Shown here: piece by piece, positions 1-13,500 of the stretch
Position numbering within the stretch: position 1 is the stretch's first letter
How the letters are laid out: each line of letters begins with the position of its first letter
Assembly (NCBI GenBank): GCA_965112155.1
Contig: OZ218098.1
Origin: Podarcis liolepis
Lineage: Eukaryota
Reading direction: 5' to 3' (one strand)
DNA length: 64,000 nt
The notes under the pieces: model-generated
Seen by the model: only the letters and a program-made list of their open reading frames with translations
Database searches by the model: none
What the model was told of the DNA's origin: nothing
Program-made: the position numbers and the translations under genes

Positions 1-3000
1 CATGCACATTCAGGTCAAGTTACAATCTTGGAGACTCAGTTCCCTAACTGTAGAGCAGCGCTCCCAAAAACTGAATGGGGTTGTGTTTCTTTTGCCATCA
101 TCACAGTGTGTTTTTTTTAATGATGCTGCAGTCTTGGTAATCTTCTAGATTTTTATTCTGTTCTGTAATGCAGGTGTGTTCAACATATTGTAAACTTCTG
201 TCTTCCTATAAGGAAATGATTCATGCTTCAGATACAGTGGAAAGTGTTTGCTGAAAGTGCCTAATTATATAAGGTATAAGAGCAATATTCATTTTTAAAA
301 ATATTGTTTAGGTCTACAACTAAATGTATGTTTTGTTAAATGTCCTAAGGAATGCCTAACTTATGGTTCTCATGCAGTATGTGACTGCAGAATGATGTGT
401 CATTTACAGAATGATGTGTCATCCTGTGAAGGTTCTTGCTAGTGAAATGTGCAGGGGAGAGTAATTTTACCCAGTTTCCCCTGCAGCCATCCCTCACCTC
501 AATAGATCAGCTTGTTAGGGGCATGGGAGCAAGGGCTGCAGTGGGAAAGGAGAAGTTGTAAGAGATCAGTCACCCCTTCTGCCAACAGGAACATTCAGTG
601 AACATATGAGCCTGCTAGATCAGGTTAATGACTATGGGGGCTCTGAAAGCAGGACCTGAACACATCAACGCTCTACCCACTTGTGATTTCCACCATTCAG
701 AGTGCAGGCTGGTTGCTGCTGAGCTTCTAGTAGCCACTGAGCAGACCTCTGCCCATGGAACATTCCTGCCCATGGAAAGAAACTCATGGTTCAAACCTGT
801 AAAAACAGCCACAATAAATCCTCTGCTGCTTTTTTCCACTCTTCAAGATAGCCAAGAGCAGTTCTTCAAACGATACAGTTTTTCTCCCTACCACAAGTAC
901 CTGAAATGTCCTCCCTGTATTGTGGAACCATGTCAAGCTCATGTTGATAATGTGAGAGAGAAACCTTTAGCTTGAAAGGATGGAGCTTCCACCTATACCA
1001 CAGAAATGGGCTTGATCTGAGTCTTTACAGGAGCACAGTGAAGCATCCCAACTATTCCATGTAAGCCATTCATATGGAAAATGTAACACAGATACATATA
1101 CAGAAAAATGTTCAACCTCTGTCTAACTGAATCTGTGGACATACTAAACAAGCTGAATTCTAAGGATCCTCAGTGTCAGAAAGTGGCTGGGCTGCACGCC
1201 TATTTATATATTTTACTGCTAAAGCAATATGAATTTTCACCTTTAAAAAACCCACTCACATTTTGACAATGACTTCTCTTCCTAGGGAAGTGAATAAACA
1301 TGAAGTGGTTTTTAAAAGACAACAACTGTCTAAATCAGATATTCCTTAAAAGCTGCTATTAGTTCTATGTAACATTATGCTAATATGCAACTACAACCTA
1401 AGAACTGCTAAAGAGTTTCTTCCTGCACACAATTATATTGAAGAATCCAATTATATGTTTAAATAATGACCTTGTGCCTCTAGGCCTAAGCAGTGCTTTG
1501 TCCTTCTTTACTCACAGAACAGTTTCTTCACTTACCAACACAACCTATTGAAAAAAGTTCAATTACATTTATGAGCTATTGAATTCTGCCTCAGTGTTTG
1601 GCTACTAATATCTGACAGAAAGATTGCTCACATTTACTATATATGTGACAAGCATTCTCCTTAATAAATACGCTGTATTTTGTTAAGCAAAATCTATTAA
1701 GTAGTGTCTGACAAATTTATAATTATTTAAATATGTATGTTGGCCAAGTACCAATATCATGAGGGTGCCTCTGCCTTTTAAGAGTAGGGCAGAAAGGAAA
1801 ATGTACAGCTTCCTTCTTCACTGCACCACTCTGAAAGACAAAACTGTAGCTGGTGAAATTCAGCCTTCTTTACAATGCTTAAAGGCACAGGTCCTGGTAA
1901 CTGGGGTGGCAGTCCTTGTAAGGGCTGGGTGACAACCTCCCTCCCTCATATTTTCCTGGCAGCAGCACTCTCCCTCCCTGTGTGAGTTGTTTGTCGCTGC
2001 AGAGCAATGTAGGAGTGATTGGCTGATCCACCTGTTTGTGGGTTGTTGTTTTTCTGCCTACTCCATACCCCACAAGTGTCTCAGAAAAACCAGGACATCC
2101 CATTTGTTTCATGTGAGAGCACAGTTCCTTACAGGTGATGCAGTTGTGGAGATGGTGTACCAAAGGCAAACACAAGTTTAAGAAAGCCATGGAAACAAAA
2201 TACAAATACACATTTCTGTAGCACACTTCCCTCTGAATTATACTTGTTCTGATTGCATCCAAAAGTGGTTGATAAAAGCTGTCTCTTCTGTACCCTACAT
2301 ATGACTGAAACAAAAAAAAAGAAAGATATTGCATTGCCTTTCTTTTATCTTGCTTGTCAGCACTGGACCATCCCTCTGGTTCTGGAAAGCCTTTCATTTT
2401 CAAGGGCTCAGGGACAATACAGCATTCTCTGGTCATGTGTATCTCCAGTTTCTATGGTAGAGTTGGAGCCATTAACACATTTGCTGGCCTTAGCCAAAGT
2501 ACTGGGTTATAGCCATAGGCTCTCTGTCTACAAAAGAGGGATTATGAAAAAGGGTGAAGTCACCTACTTTGGGATGGAGGAACTCAAGTGGTAGAGCAAG
2601 TCGTCTTAAAGTGTTGGCCTGGGGAGGGCTGGGATTTATCCCTATACTTCCCATTTACTTCAGTTAGGCTAACGGGGGGAGGGGGCGGGATTCAGAATAT
2701 TGTTTTGTTTTTAATCTAAACATACACACAGAGAGAGAAGAGGTTATAGCAGGCTCCAGAACACCTCACATGCCTGACCATGTATTTGTTGAGATTATAT
2801 AATACCGGGTGCCTCATATACCTTATGCAGGTCTACTATGAGTTATAACATTACCAGGGGGCAGAAGGGACATTGCGATTTGGAGCATTAAAATGTCTCC
2901 ATATATGCTGACAGTGATAGACCTTTAACAACTAACCTATAGTAAAATATTGTTTAATGTCAAAATAAATACACCTACACCTACCAGGTTCGTCTTGTGT

Positions 3001-3724
3001 TTTTAAATGTCTCCTGGACCTTTAAGGTTTTCAAGGTCCATTAATGATAAATTTTGAAATTTTGTACTAATTAGCAAGTTTTAAAACACACACTTCAAAG
3101 CACAACTGGTTTCAAGCTCAATGTCAGGAGCATACAGTATATTACAAACTAATGAAGATAATGGGAGTTTTGTTTTAACTTCATTTGGAAAGATGAACAA
3201 AATATTATGAACAGAATACTATGCCATTTGAGGTTAAAAAGTGAATGCTAATTAAGGCTCCTGTGTACCTTCTCAACATTAGATCAGTACGTAGTCCCTG
3301 TAATTACAGGAGAAACACTCACAGGAGTTAGTATTAAGCTTATGCAGATTTATAACTTTTGGCAGAATTGTTCCTTTAAAGTGTAGCAGAGAGTTAGTCA
3401 TAATTATACAAGAATTGAGCGTGGGAGAGAATAATTTGTACAGCACACTCTGCCTCAGCAAAACATCTTTGTCCTCTTATTTCAAGGACCATTGTTTTTA
3501 ATAAAGGGTGAAAACTAATAAAGAAATGCTCCCTCCATTCATTTTACTCATAAAATATAAAATCCAAGGGTAATCATGTTGAAACCAGGTTAACATACTG
3601 TATATGCCTTTCTGTTTATTTTTAATGATGTTGCAAGGTTGTATTCTTCTATTCCTGCTTGGTAGAATCCAACCTCTAGCCAGAGATCACCAACTTTTTT
3701 AGGCTCCTGGATGTATTTGAATTT

Positions 3725-4080
3725 TTGAGCAAGTGCCATTAGTACCTCCAATCTTTTCTCTCTCTCCTCCCCCAGATCAGCCACTCCACCACATACAGTC
3801 AAATATAGAAAGTCTCTCACCACCAAAGGAACACAAGTGAACAGCAGAGAACCTGCACAAGCAATGCTGACACCAAACCCTACATATATTAAGTAAAATA
3901 GAAACATCACCACCTGACCCCACCCCCACCCATCTCCCCCCCTACTCCTTTCCCCCTTTTCTTCCTAATGTCTCAACAAATGAAACTGATTTGTAAAAAT
4001 GTTACATGGAAAAAATACGAGAGACATTGCACATACTTTTGTAAATCAAGAAAATCTTTAATAAAAATACATTGAAAAAA
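3725..4080 (+). mobile_element. Possible L1-like 3' UTR with AATAAA and short A tail
   Basis: C-rich tract, then TTTAATAAAAATACATTGAAAAAA; no coding homology seen. A similar inverted T-rich tail starts at ~32788. Confidence 0.35.
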
Positions 4081-5174
4081 GTATATATAGAAAGTGTGCA
4101 CAAACACACTTTACTGTTCCAGGGTATCTGAGTAAAATGGTAACCTGACCCTTGAGAAGCACATACAGGTGAATGAGGAAGTGAGAAAGAGACACTCTTC
4201 CAACTTCCTCCTTCAGCTCTATGTCCTTTTCACAGGAGCAAAGGAAGCCACTTTCAGCACCTCATAACCAAGGGGGCAGTGAATGAAGGGGGTGGGCTAA
4301 AAGGCTTCATGGGCACCAGGGCAAGACCTTAAGGCAACAATTATGCCCATGGGAGCCATGATAGTGACCTTGTATAGCAAATACAGCTGCATATTCTTGT
4401 GGGAGCAGCTGTTGGTTATGCCGCAGATAGGGCAACAGTTATAGTTTCTCCACATATTCTGCTCCCATACTGAAGTTGGAGTAAATGCAGAATTATGGAT
4501 GGGAAGACCAAGGTGCATTAGAACAAAGATAGGGAACCTGTGGCCCTCCGGATATTGTCGAGACTGCGATCCCTGACCACAGACCATGCTAGCGGATCTA
4601 ATGAGAGTTGTAGTCCAACAACATCTGGAGGTTCACAGCCTCCCCATCAGTGGATTGAAGCACAGTACATATTTCATACATCTTAAGTAGCTGGAGGCAT
4701 GGCTAAGGCTGTGTTTTCAAGAGTTAAGGGGAAATGTTTGAGTCACAGTAGTTTGGGATACTTTTACTTAGGAGAAACATTTTTACTATGCAACCAATGG
4801 ATGGTGGGATGGGGAGCTCACATGCCCTTTGCTCAGTTGCATCACTGCTGATTGCCAAAAGGTATACAGGGAAGAAAGAGGTGGTCAGGTTGGTGTGGTG
4901 CGTGTACACCAGCAAAGGCAACATCACACTGCCTCCCCACTTGCTGTTATCAGCAGGGACACTACTGACCTGAGGTCAAAAGAGTGCAACCATCTCACTA
5001 CACTATCAGCTACTTGTCCTATGTATGTTTACTCAGATGCAAGTCTCACTGTAGTCAATGGATAATAGAAAACTGTGTATGCACACCAATTTATTCTGGG
5101 GGTGTTTTTTCCCCACATATTCAGGTATTTTGCATGTATTCCTTTCCAGTCCATCTTACTAATGAACACAAGGG

Positions 5175-5372
5175 CATACAACGGTGGAGTAGAAGATAGG
5201 CTATGACTGAGTGACCCAGGTGAAAGTCCCCACTCAGTCATGACACTCACGAGGAGAGACTCTTTCAGCCAAACAGAGCTCACAGCATTGTTGTGAGGAT
5301 AAAAGAGGGCAGACAAACATGCACACAACCTTGAGTTTCTTGGAAAAGAGTAGCCTAGAAATGTAATAATAT
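5175..5372 (+). mobile_element. Old CORE-type SINE (MIR/Squam2-like)
   Basis: Decayed tRNA-like head and CORE-like CTCACAGCATTGTTGTGAGGATAAAA. Confidence 0.5.
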
Positions 5373-8300
5373 TTTAACAGCACGCATTAATGAAACACAG
5401 GTGGGGGGAGACATTTGATGGGATCTACCATCACATCAAGATCCTTTTTGAGATGCTTTTCACATCAGTTTGTGTGCATCAGAATTAAAATATGTGAATG
5501 TACAGGGAGGTGCAGCAAACTGTCTTTACACTAATTCAGAAGTAATTTTAAGAATTCTCCATGTGTCTGTGGATGGTGCAGATATAAACAATAGTGGAAT
5601 GGATTTAAGTAGGGGAACCCACTTATTCCTCTATGTAATCTTCTGTAGAGATTTGCACCGAATGGGGTAATATAACTGTGATCTTGCACATCTTCTCCCT
5701 GTGACTGTAACTGCATACATTCATAATATATATTAATAAAGCAAGAGGGAGATTTGTAAGTATGAGAACAGACAACTCAATATTGAAGCACTGAAACAGC
5801 TTTATTTGAATTTGCCCATCTTACAGCCGCTGAGAATACTTCCCGTCAGATTGACAAGTTGAAGTTCCATGTGGCAGAGCACTGTACAGCTGGTTTTTGA
5901 ATGTTCTGCTTCTAACACCCAAGTATTAATAATGAGATTGGAGCCCAGCCTAAAAACACATCCAGCAAGAGCATTTGCTAAAACGCTTTGGGATCAGATT
6001 TTTTTTTTTTATTAAAAAAAGGTTCACAAACAAGGATTAAAAGAAAAATGGCTATGTTAATAACCCTGTCTTTATTGCATCGGCACAGAATAAGCCCATT
6101 TTTGGTACACCTCAACTGTCTGTTAAACCACAGCAATTCTGTTTTAAAGTTGTTCCTGCATTTACTGACATGTTACGAAAGAAATAAAGCAACATTTCTC
6201 TTAGATGTGTGCATTCAAAAGCAACCCTTGACTAGTTTGTAGGTGTCTGGAAAATCATTTCCATAATTTTTATTCATGGTGTTTTCCTTAGTGGAATTCA
6301 AACTAGCTTTAGAAGAAGAAGATAAACAAAGACATAATCTATGTGTGAAAGGGCTTGAGTTATGCGGCAAAGGCATCTTGCTGGTATAACATCTGTCTGC
6401 TTCCCTGTACAGTGTGTTTTCATGTCTGACAGTGCAATGCCTCTCACAAGCATCAGTACATTGTTTGCAGGAGAGATGGTTTGATTTGAGCAGGCTATAC
6501 TGAAGATAATGACACTAGAGACAAACAAACTAATAGTTCCCAGTTAGACAGCTGTACAACCCATCATCAAAAATCACCAGTCGCCAGCCATAGAGAGTAA
6601 TTGTTGAGTTCACTGAAACAACTCTATTAGCAACACGCCCAATTTTACTAAAACCTAACAGACTTCACTGGATGCTGCATGTATTTCTAACATGTTGGGC
6701 AAAGACATCCAAAATATCGGATATACCAATAATGTTAAAGGCCTATATTGTCATGCTGCCACTAGGAGGAATAACATGCAGTTCTGCTGCTCAACTACAG
6801 AGCCCCATGTGGCTTGGAGTTGCACACACACCAAACCAGACCCAGAGGTGATTTTTTGAGGCCCTTCTCTGACTGCCCCCACCAAATTTGGTGAGAGGTC
6901 ACTACCAGAACACAGGCCTTTTGGGCAGTGGTGTGCCAGATATGGAATGCCTCCCCAGGCAGGTTCACTAGGTGCCATATTATGGTCCTTTTGATGTTCC
7001 CAGTCATTTTAAATTGATATTTTGGTGCTTTTAAAACACTGCTTTATATTGTTTGCTGCTGGTGGCTTTAGCTCCCCTCTTTCTGTTGTGATTATTTGCT
7101 TTTTAAAAGGAGTTCATAAATTGTATTGTTCACCATTCAAAGAATATTAAGTAACTGGGTGGTACGCAAATGTATATATAAACAAGCACGACACACTGTA
7201 ACACAGCAACAGTGAAAAAAGTTGGTGCAAGTTGATGATCCATGTCCTTTTCATTATATTTTCAAAATAATATCACAGATATTTGGCCCCACGTTCTCAA
7301 GCTGCATGGCTACCATTCTGTATACATTCGGGACCCATCCTCACCATAGCCCAGCAGAACCCTTTGCCTGGCATAGCAGCGCCCTGCATGCCCAGGAGCC
7401 CATTTCATTGCTGTGACTGTAGTATCAATGGAAGGACTGAGACCCAAGTTAGTTAACAAGTACTGACAATCCAACAGGTTGTTCTGTTGTCAAAGCTCAG
7501 CAAAACTATCTGCTGATGTCAACGCAGTGGCTGGCAGGATTTGGAAGCAAAAGTGCCATTCCTATAAGGAAGCATGTCCCCATCTGAAAGTTTAACTTTC
7601 AGTACTCTAAAAAGGAAACTGTTAATATTCTGCATTTTTAAATTATTTTTTTAAAGGAAGCTTGGTTGCCTAAAATAAACTTGTGTATTGTTTTGATTAA
7701 GCAATCGTTTTTAATTATTGTGTCATCCCTACAAGATACTATTGCTACATTGGCAAAACTTGTAAGTCATCAACAACTCATAGTTATCTCAGATACGTAT
7801 ATTACCTAGTTTGATAAGCTGTGATATTATTCCATGGCTTCTAAGTAGGCTACATAGAACTGAAAAACTTTCATTAAGAAATTCTGATATATTCCACATT
7901 ACCAACCCACTTTCTCATAGATACTAATCCCATTCTCCTCCCCAATTTCACCAGTCTCCTTTTTTATATATTTATCTAAGCCTTCTTAATGTAATCATTA
8001 CTTTCCACCACTACCACTACCACCACCACCAAGTTCATTCCTAACCATGGTGTCTTATTTTGGATATTCTGCAGCCTACCCTGGAGAACTGATGTTAAAC
8101 AATAACCATTGCCTGAATGGCTTCTGCAATCCACATAAAATGTTACATGGTGTAGAAATGTCACATCAGGCCCTCTTATGTTCCAAATCCTTTTTAGGTT
8201 GAGAATGTATGATTTGTTCAAACACGATGTGCGGATTCTTAATTTGCCCTGCAATTCTCCTCTTTTATCCAACATGACATAGTGATATGATGAGCTAGTT

Positions 8301-11059
8301 GATCCTAAGTGAATTTGATTTGGCGGGTATAATTTACAGGAATGTTGTCTTTTTAGGACTAGATTGATTGTAACTTAAACAGACATAGTACTTTATCACA
8401 TAGGACTAAAACACTAGCAAGCAAAAACTGACACATGCACACACACAAACAACACACCAAAGCAAACATTAAAGCCGTAATTTTGAATGTGTAAATAAAC
8501 AAGTGTCCACTAATCTCACATATAGTGAATATGGACCTTCACCTTACATTCTACAGAAGGTTTTCAAATGTACTTGTACACCAGATACAGTGATGGTTTC
8601 AACCTACAGTAGCTGAAATCTGGTCTGAGGCTTTAAAAGAAAGCTTGAGAGATTTTGGAATACACACCGGGGGTTGGGGCAGAAGATGCGTTTGGAAACC
8701 AAAGTCCTTTGGGGATAAGATGCTTAAGGATGATATTCCATTCACTGATCTGACAGGATCCACATGTAACTTTCAGGATTTAGTTTTGGGAGGTGGTGAG
8801 TACTTACCTGTTTTTCCCCTCGCTTTCTATCAAGTACATTTCAACTGAAGGCATTTTTGAGGGCCAAAGTGTTGCTTTTCTTTTTTGGACAACCAGGCAA
8901 TGAATTATTTATTTTTTTAAAAAAAAAATCTGCCTCACTTGTAATGTGCAGTACCTATTTACGGTAATTTTTGAGAGCCAGCTGGGAAATTGACCTAACA
9001 GGTTTTGGTAGTTCAATTACAGCAGAAACAAGGGACCAAAATAGCATAACTAAAAACCATTTGTACTTGTTCAAATGAGTTTTAAACAGGCGAGTAAACA
9101 ATTTGGTATCTGGTCTGCAAAGCACAAGAAAAAGAAAAGAAAAGTTTTCACAATGTAAATTCAATTTCCTAAACAATTACATTTTTGAATGGGAATCTAA
9201 TTAATTCCTTGTAAACTAGATATGGAAATATTCAATGCATTCTCATTTCTTGCTTGCTTTGAGACTTGCACAGTTTAGGAAGCTATCCAAGTTAATGGGA
9301 TTTGCTTTGCATCCATTCTGAAACAAGATATGCCATTTGAGTCATGCTGGCCACTAACCTTTCTGAGTTTAACAGCTATGAAGAAGAAAATATAAACCAT
9401 GCTTTGATATATATATACTTAAAACCAGCCACCACAACAAAATAAAGGAATCCTACATGTCCTTGTTATTATTATTAGGCATATGGGTAAAATAAATAAA
9501 TAAAGCAAAGCAAAGAACCTTCACCCAACTATGAATGCACTGTATCCTTTATATCCAAGCAAACTAAGACAATTTCCTTCCTGTATGGGCTCGATCCGTA
9601 AGCCAGTTAAACTGGGATACTTGGACATCAGTTGCATCGAATACTTTTAATTTTCAGTCTTTGACTTAAACGGTTTACGAATCAAATGGAAAATAGAAAC
9701 AAATATAGGACCTTTCACCTGATCCTAAACATGTTTACTTGGAAGTAAATAATGACTGAGTGCCCCCCCCCCCCAGGATGGAAGCTCTAACACTGAACAG
9801 GCATGAGATTATAGGACCACCACTTTTCAGAGCTCCTGTGCTTTTAAAAGCAGTGTGGTGGGCATAAATGCATGAAAACTTGGTGAAATTTATGAAACTT
9901 GTGGATTTCTGTCTATTTTGCATCTTTTAAAGTTGCAAGAACCCTTTCAGGAAAAAAGGTGGCGGCTCTTTTTTTTAAAAAAAGATACTCATTTGAAATT
10001 AATGAGCCTTACATGTTCCAAGTAATGAGTTTAGAGTGAGGGATAACAAATCAACTGAAATCTGGTTTGATGATTAGGCAGTAAGACTGGAACAGTTCTG
10101 TCCAACAAACATCTACTTGCTATTAATTTCACTGGAATCTGCTTCCAAATATACTCATTTGGTAGGTTTCATTGAAATAAATGGGCCTTGACTTCAGGGA
10201 GCTATATTTACTACTGAGACAGACATTTGCATAGAGTATTGGAAGGCAATCTAAGGCTACAATCCTATGTCCATTTCCCTGGCAGTAAGTCCCATTAAAT
10301 TCAATGGGAGTAAGCATGCACAGGATACATAAGCATCCTAAAGTTGAATATCCTGGATTAAGCAAACAAACTCTTGTGTTGTGTATTGCTGGACAGTTTT
10401 ATATAGTCCTGCATGAACACTGAACTGCTTAAATGAACACTGATGAAAAGGAGTGAATCCATAGGGTACTTTGAAAGCAATAGCTAGTCAATAGTTGCAG
10501 AATTATGCTGCTGAGCAACTTGTACTTTCACTAAATCCTCAGCTAGCGCTGGATAGATTTGCAGTGTGTGTGTGTCGGATTTCAGAGTATCAGAGAGATG
10601 CATCACTCACTGTTACTGCCTCTTCTTTCTGCCTGGTAGTAAAGCTATTGTTTCAGATCTATGGATAATTGCTGTCATATAAACACATCCATAGCTTTCT
10701 CCTCATTTACCTGGGAATCACAATTCCATGTAATAGCACAATTCTAAGACATGTCAACTAAGAAGCAAGTCTCACCAAGTTCAATGAGGCTTACTCCCAG
10801 GTAAGTGTGCCTAAAACTGCAACCTAAAGCCTTCAGTTGACCCAATTTCCTGACTCCTGTGTAGTACTATATGTCCTTGAGAACCTAAATACTTCGGGAG
10901 TATTCATAGCATATTCTGTTACACTTAAGCCTTTACTGATCAGTGGAGATGTAATTAGAATCTGGACGTTTTCCTGTAATGAACTGCATGGTACTTGGCT
11001 ACAATTTACAAAGTGTCAAACCAGCAGATACTCTTGATAGAAAGTTCACCTGATCTAAG

Positions 11060-11061
<2 letters not shown>

Positions 11062-11103
<42 letters not shown>
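11062..11103. repeat. (TG)n microsatellite; others at ~11332-11365, 21795-21840, 32610-32645, 34521-34596, 35240-35322, 36766-36791, 41884-41965, 58236-58273
   Basis: Directly visible dinucleotide arrays, several compound (GT)n(GA)n or (CT)n(CA)n. Confidence 0.97.
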
Positions 11104-11105
<2 letters not shown>

Positions 11106-11329
11106 AAAACAGAGCCTGTATGGCAAATGTAGATGCTTTCAGCAAAAGGACATGGCCAAGTGTCCTTATAATCCTAACCACGGCCGTTCAGAAGCAAATC
11201 CCATATGAATTCAAAGGGGTTTAGTACGTGGGGTTAGGATTGCAGCCTGATCCACCTTAATAGGTCTGACCTCCAAGACAATGTGCATAAGATTGTACGT
11301 AAATAAAGCATCCTACTGCCACATATATG

Positions 11330-11367
<38 letters not shown>

Positions 11368-11699
11368 GTAAAGGTGCAGAGGATCCAGGTGGGAGGCAGC
11401 CATCCAAAACACATTTGCTGCCAAGGAGTCCCATTGAAGGCTACAATTCTAAACGCACTTGGAAATAAATCCCACTGTAATCCACTGGGTTTACTAAGTA
11501 AATTCCTCAGGATCAGGGTGTTAATAAGCTATCCTACTCAGGATAACAGTGGGAGGCAGCTGACTCATTCAAAATCCGGCTGGATTGTATCTATGGCAAT
11601 ATTTAATTTTGCAAAACTGGCCAGGTGGAAAGGAAAGGGAACTTACTTCCATGCAAGCTATGTTAAAAATCAGGGGGTCAAGAGGAGCTTGGGAAAAGA

Positions 11700-13500
11700 G
11701 TAACCGGCTCCTTATTCGAAAGTGGTACAGGAGGAACCCCCGGCGGCCGAAAGGCTTCGTGAGCCCCAGAAAAGCGAGCGAGCGAAGTTTATGATCTGTT
11801 GCGGTCCCCCCACCCCCAGCCTGCCCGGCGCACAGCAGCCGCGCAAGAGCTAATTTGATGCGCGGAAGCATGAAGGAACTGGAGGGGTGGGGAGATAGAA
11901 ACTGGTCCTTGGAGAATGGGACCATCCTAGAAGCCTTACAGGGAGTATTTGAAGGGTGGAGGTGGAATAATAAGAATAAGAATAAGAATAATATTTAAGT
12001 TAAAGGGAGCCTGGAAGCAGAGCGAGTTCAGACCCAAGCGTGCTTTTTCAGGAGCTCTAAGGAAAAAAGCGAAAGGCGCTACAGAACCCAGCGAAGCTCA
12101 AACTCCCAGGGATGCAACACCATCATCTGCAGAGCCGCAGCCAAGTCAACGCCGCCGCCGCTGGAGAGGGAAAGACTTCGCTCTCTGGAAGGGGTGCAAG
12201 CATACAAGCATCTCTCTCCCCCCAAACCTGATCTTGATCCCAGCCGAGTGGGAGATTATAGTTATTTTAAAAACAAACAAACAAAACAAGCGAAGCGCAA
12301 GATTGTCCCAGGGGCAGCTGGTCTGCAGGAGTCTTAAGTGAAGTTTGCGCTACTTTATCCAGACACAGAGCCGTCCCAAAAAAAGAGAGAGGTGGGGTGA
12401 CACAGAAGAGGTGGCACAAATCATGCAAGTCAGACGCCTTACCTCCTTCGGCTCCCACTGCCAGGACCTTAGCAATAGGACATAATCCCGAGACGGTGAG
12501 GACGGCGAAGAGGAGAAACTCGGGCATGGTCGAGGGAGGGGAGTCTCGCGTCCTCCTGCTCCTGTTTCTCCTCCAGGCTGCTGCTGCTGCTGCTGCTTGC
12601 TGCTCTTCTTCGCCCTCTTTGGCCGCCGCCGTTGCTCGGTTGCACCCTTCGCTTCAAATAAAAAAAGAGAAAGAAAGTCACTGAGCGGCAGCAGCAGCGG
12701 AGCCGACGACGAGGAGGGTGGCAGGCAGGCTGGCTGGCTTGCAAGAGAGCAGCGCGATTGGCAAATGTCACGGGGGTGGGATTGTGCGCCAGGAGCCCAG
12801 GCTGCGCTGCCTTGCCTTGCTTCGCCTGCCCGCCTTCTCCGCTGCTTCCAGCAGGATTACGAGGTGGATGTGTGAGAGAGCCGCTTGTGTGTCTCGACTT
12901 CTCAATGCAGAGTACGTCTGATCTTACATCACGCAAGAGGGGCAGTCAGAAAGAGAGAGAGAGAGAGGAAGAGAGAGAGAGATGCCAGAGGATGGGAATC
13001 TCACTGATTAATCACGGAAGCCGCCATCCTCCAGCTTGGGTGTCCACATAAATCATATCTATTACTTAGTAAGAGGCATTTAACACAACAAGAAGCATAC
13101 CGCTTCAAATGGAAAGCCCTACAAATCAGACCGAGGCGGTCCAGCGAGGGGAGAGGAAAGTCAGCCGTGCACGGATCCCTTTGGGATCTAGGTGCGAGAG
13201 AGAATAGATCTGGGTGGAGAGAGAAGGAGAGGGAGAGCGCTCGCTCGCTCGCCTCCAGCAACAAAATCGGGAGACTGCCTTCCTTCCTTCCCGGGAATAG
13301 GAGCGAGCCGTCTAAGTATCCCAAAAGCCAACACAGGCAGGCAGGCAAGAATGGAGCCTTTGGGAAGGGAAGCAAAGTCAGCTCGTTTTTCTGGTTGGGA
13401 AATTGGCGAAATGGCAAAGGAGGGGAGGGAGCGACGGGAGAGAGAACCCAAAGTTCTCAAAGGCAGCGCTGCTGGACTCGTTGCAGAATGTTCATTTCCA
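11700..13500 (-). promoter_or_regulatory. LRP1B: CpG island / promoter and 5' leader of LRP1B
   Basis: GC and CpG density rise abruptly against AT-rich flanks. Minus-strand CCAAT at 12757-12761, GA-rich tract ~12951-12981, (GCT)n at ~12577-12603. Boundaries are approximate and the TSS cannot be fixed from sequence. Confidence 0.8.
12443..12527 (-). CDS. LRP1B: LRP1B coding exon 1 (signal peptide), MPEFLLFAVLTVSGLCPIAKVLAVGAEG + 1 nt
   Basis: Closely matches the human LRP1B N-terminus as I recall it ([28 protein letters not shown]). The ATG is in a good context (accATG), a canonical donor GAG|GTAAGG gives a phase-1 intron from 12442, and the exon lies in a CpG island. Confidence 0.93.

Larger units (their letters stand above)
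1..12442 (-). other. LRP1B: Proximal part of LRP1B intron 1
   Basis: Lies downstream of the exon-1 donor. No LDL-receptor class A (Cys-rich) exon is visible, consistent with the very large first intron of vertebrate LRP1B. Confidence 0.8.

Noticed and set aside
1879-2436. 185-aa minus-strand ORF in intron 1
   Set aside because: No domain similarity recognised, no LDL-receptor repeat pattern and no supporting exon structure.
12267-12442. Continuation of the 86-aa ORF past AEG
   Set aside because: Similarity to LRP1B ends at a canonical GTAAGG donor; the rest is intron read-through.
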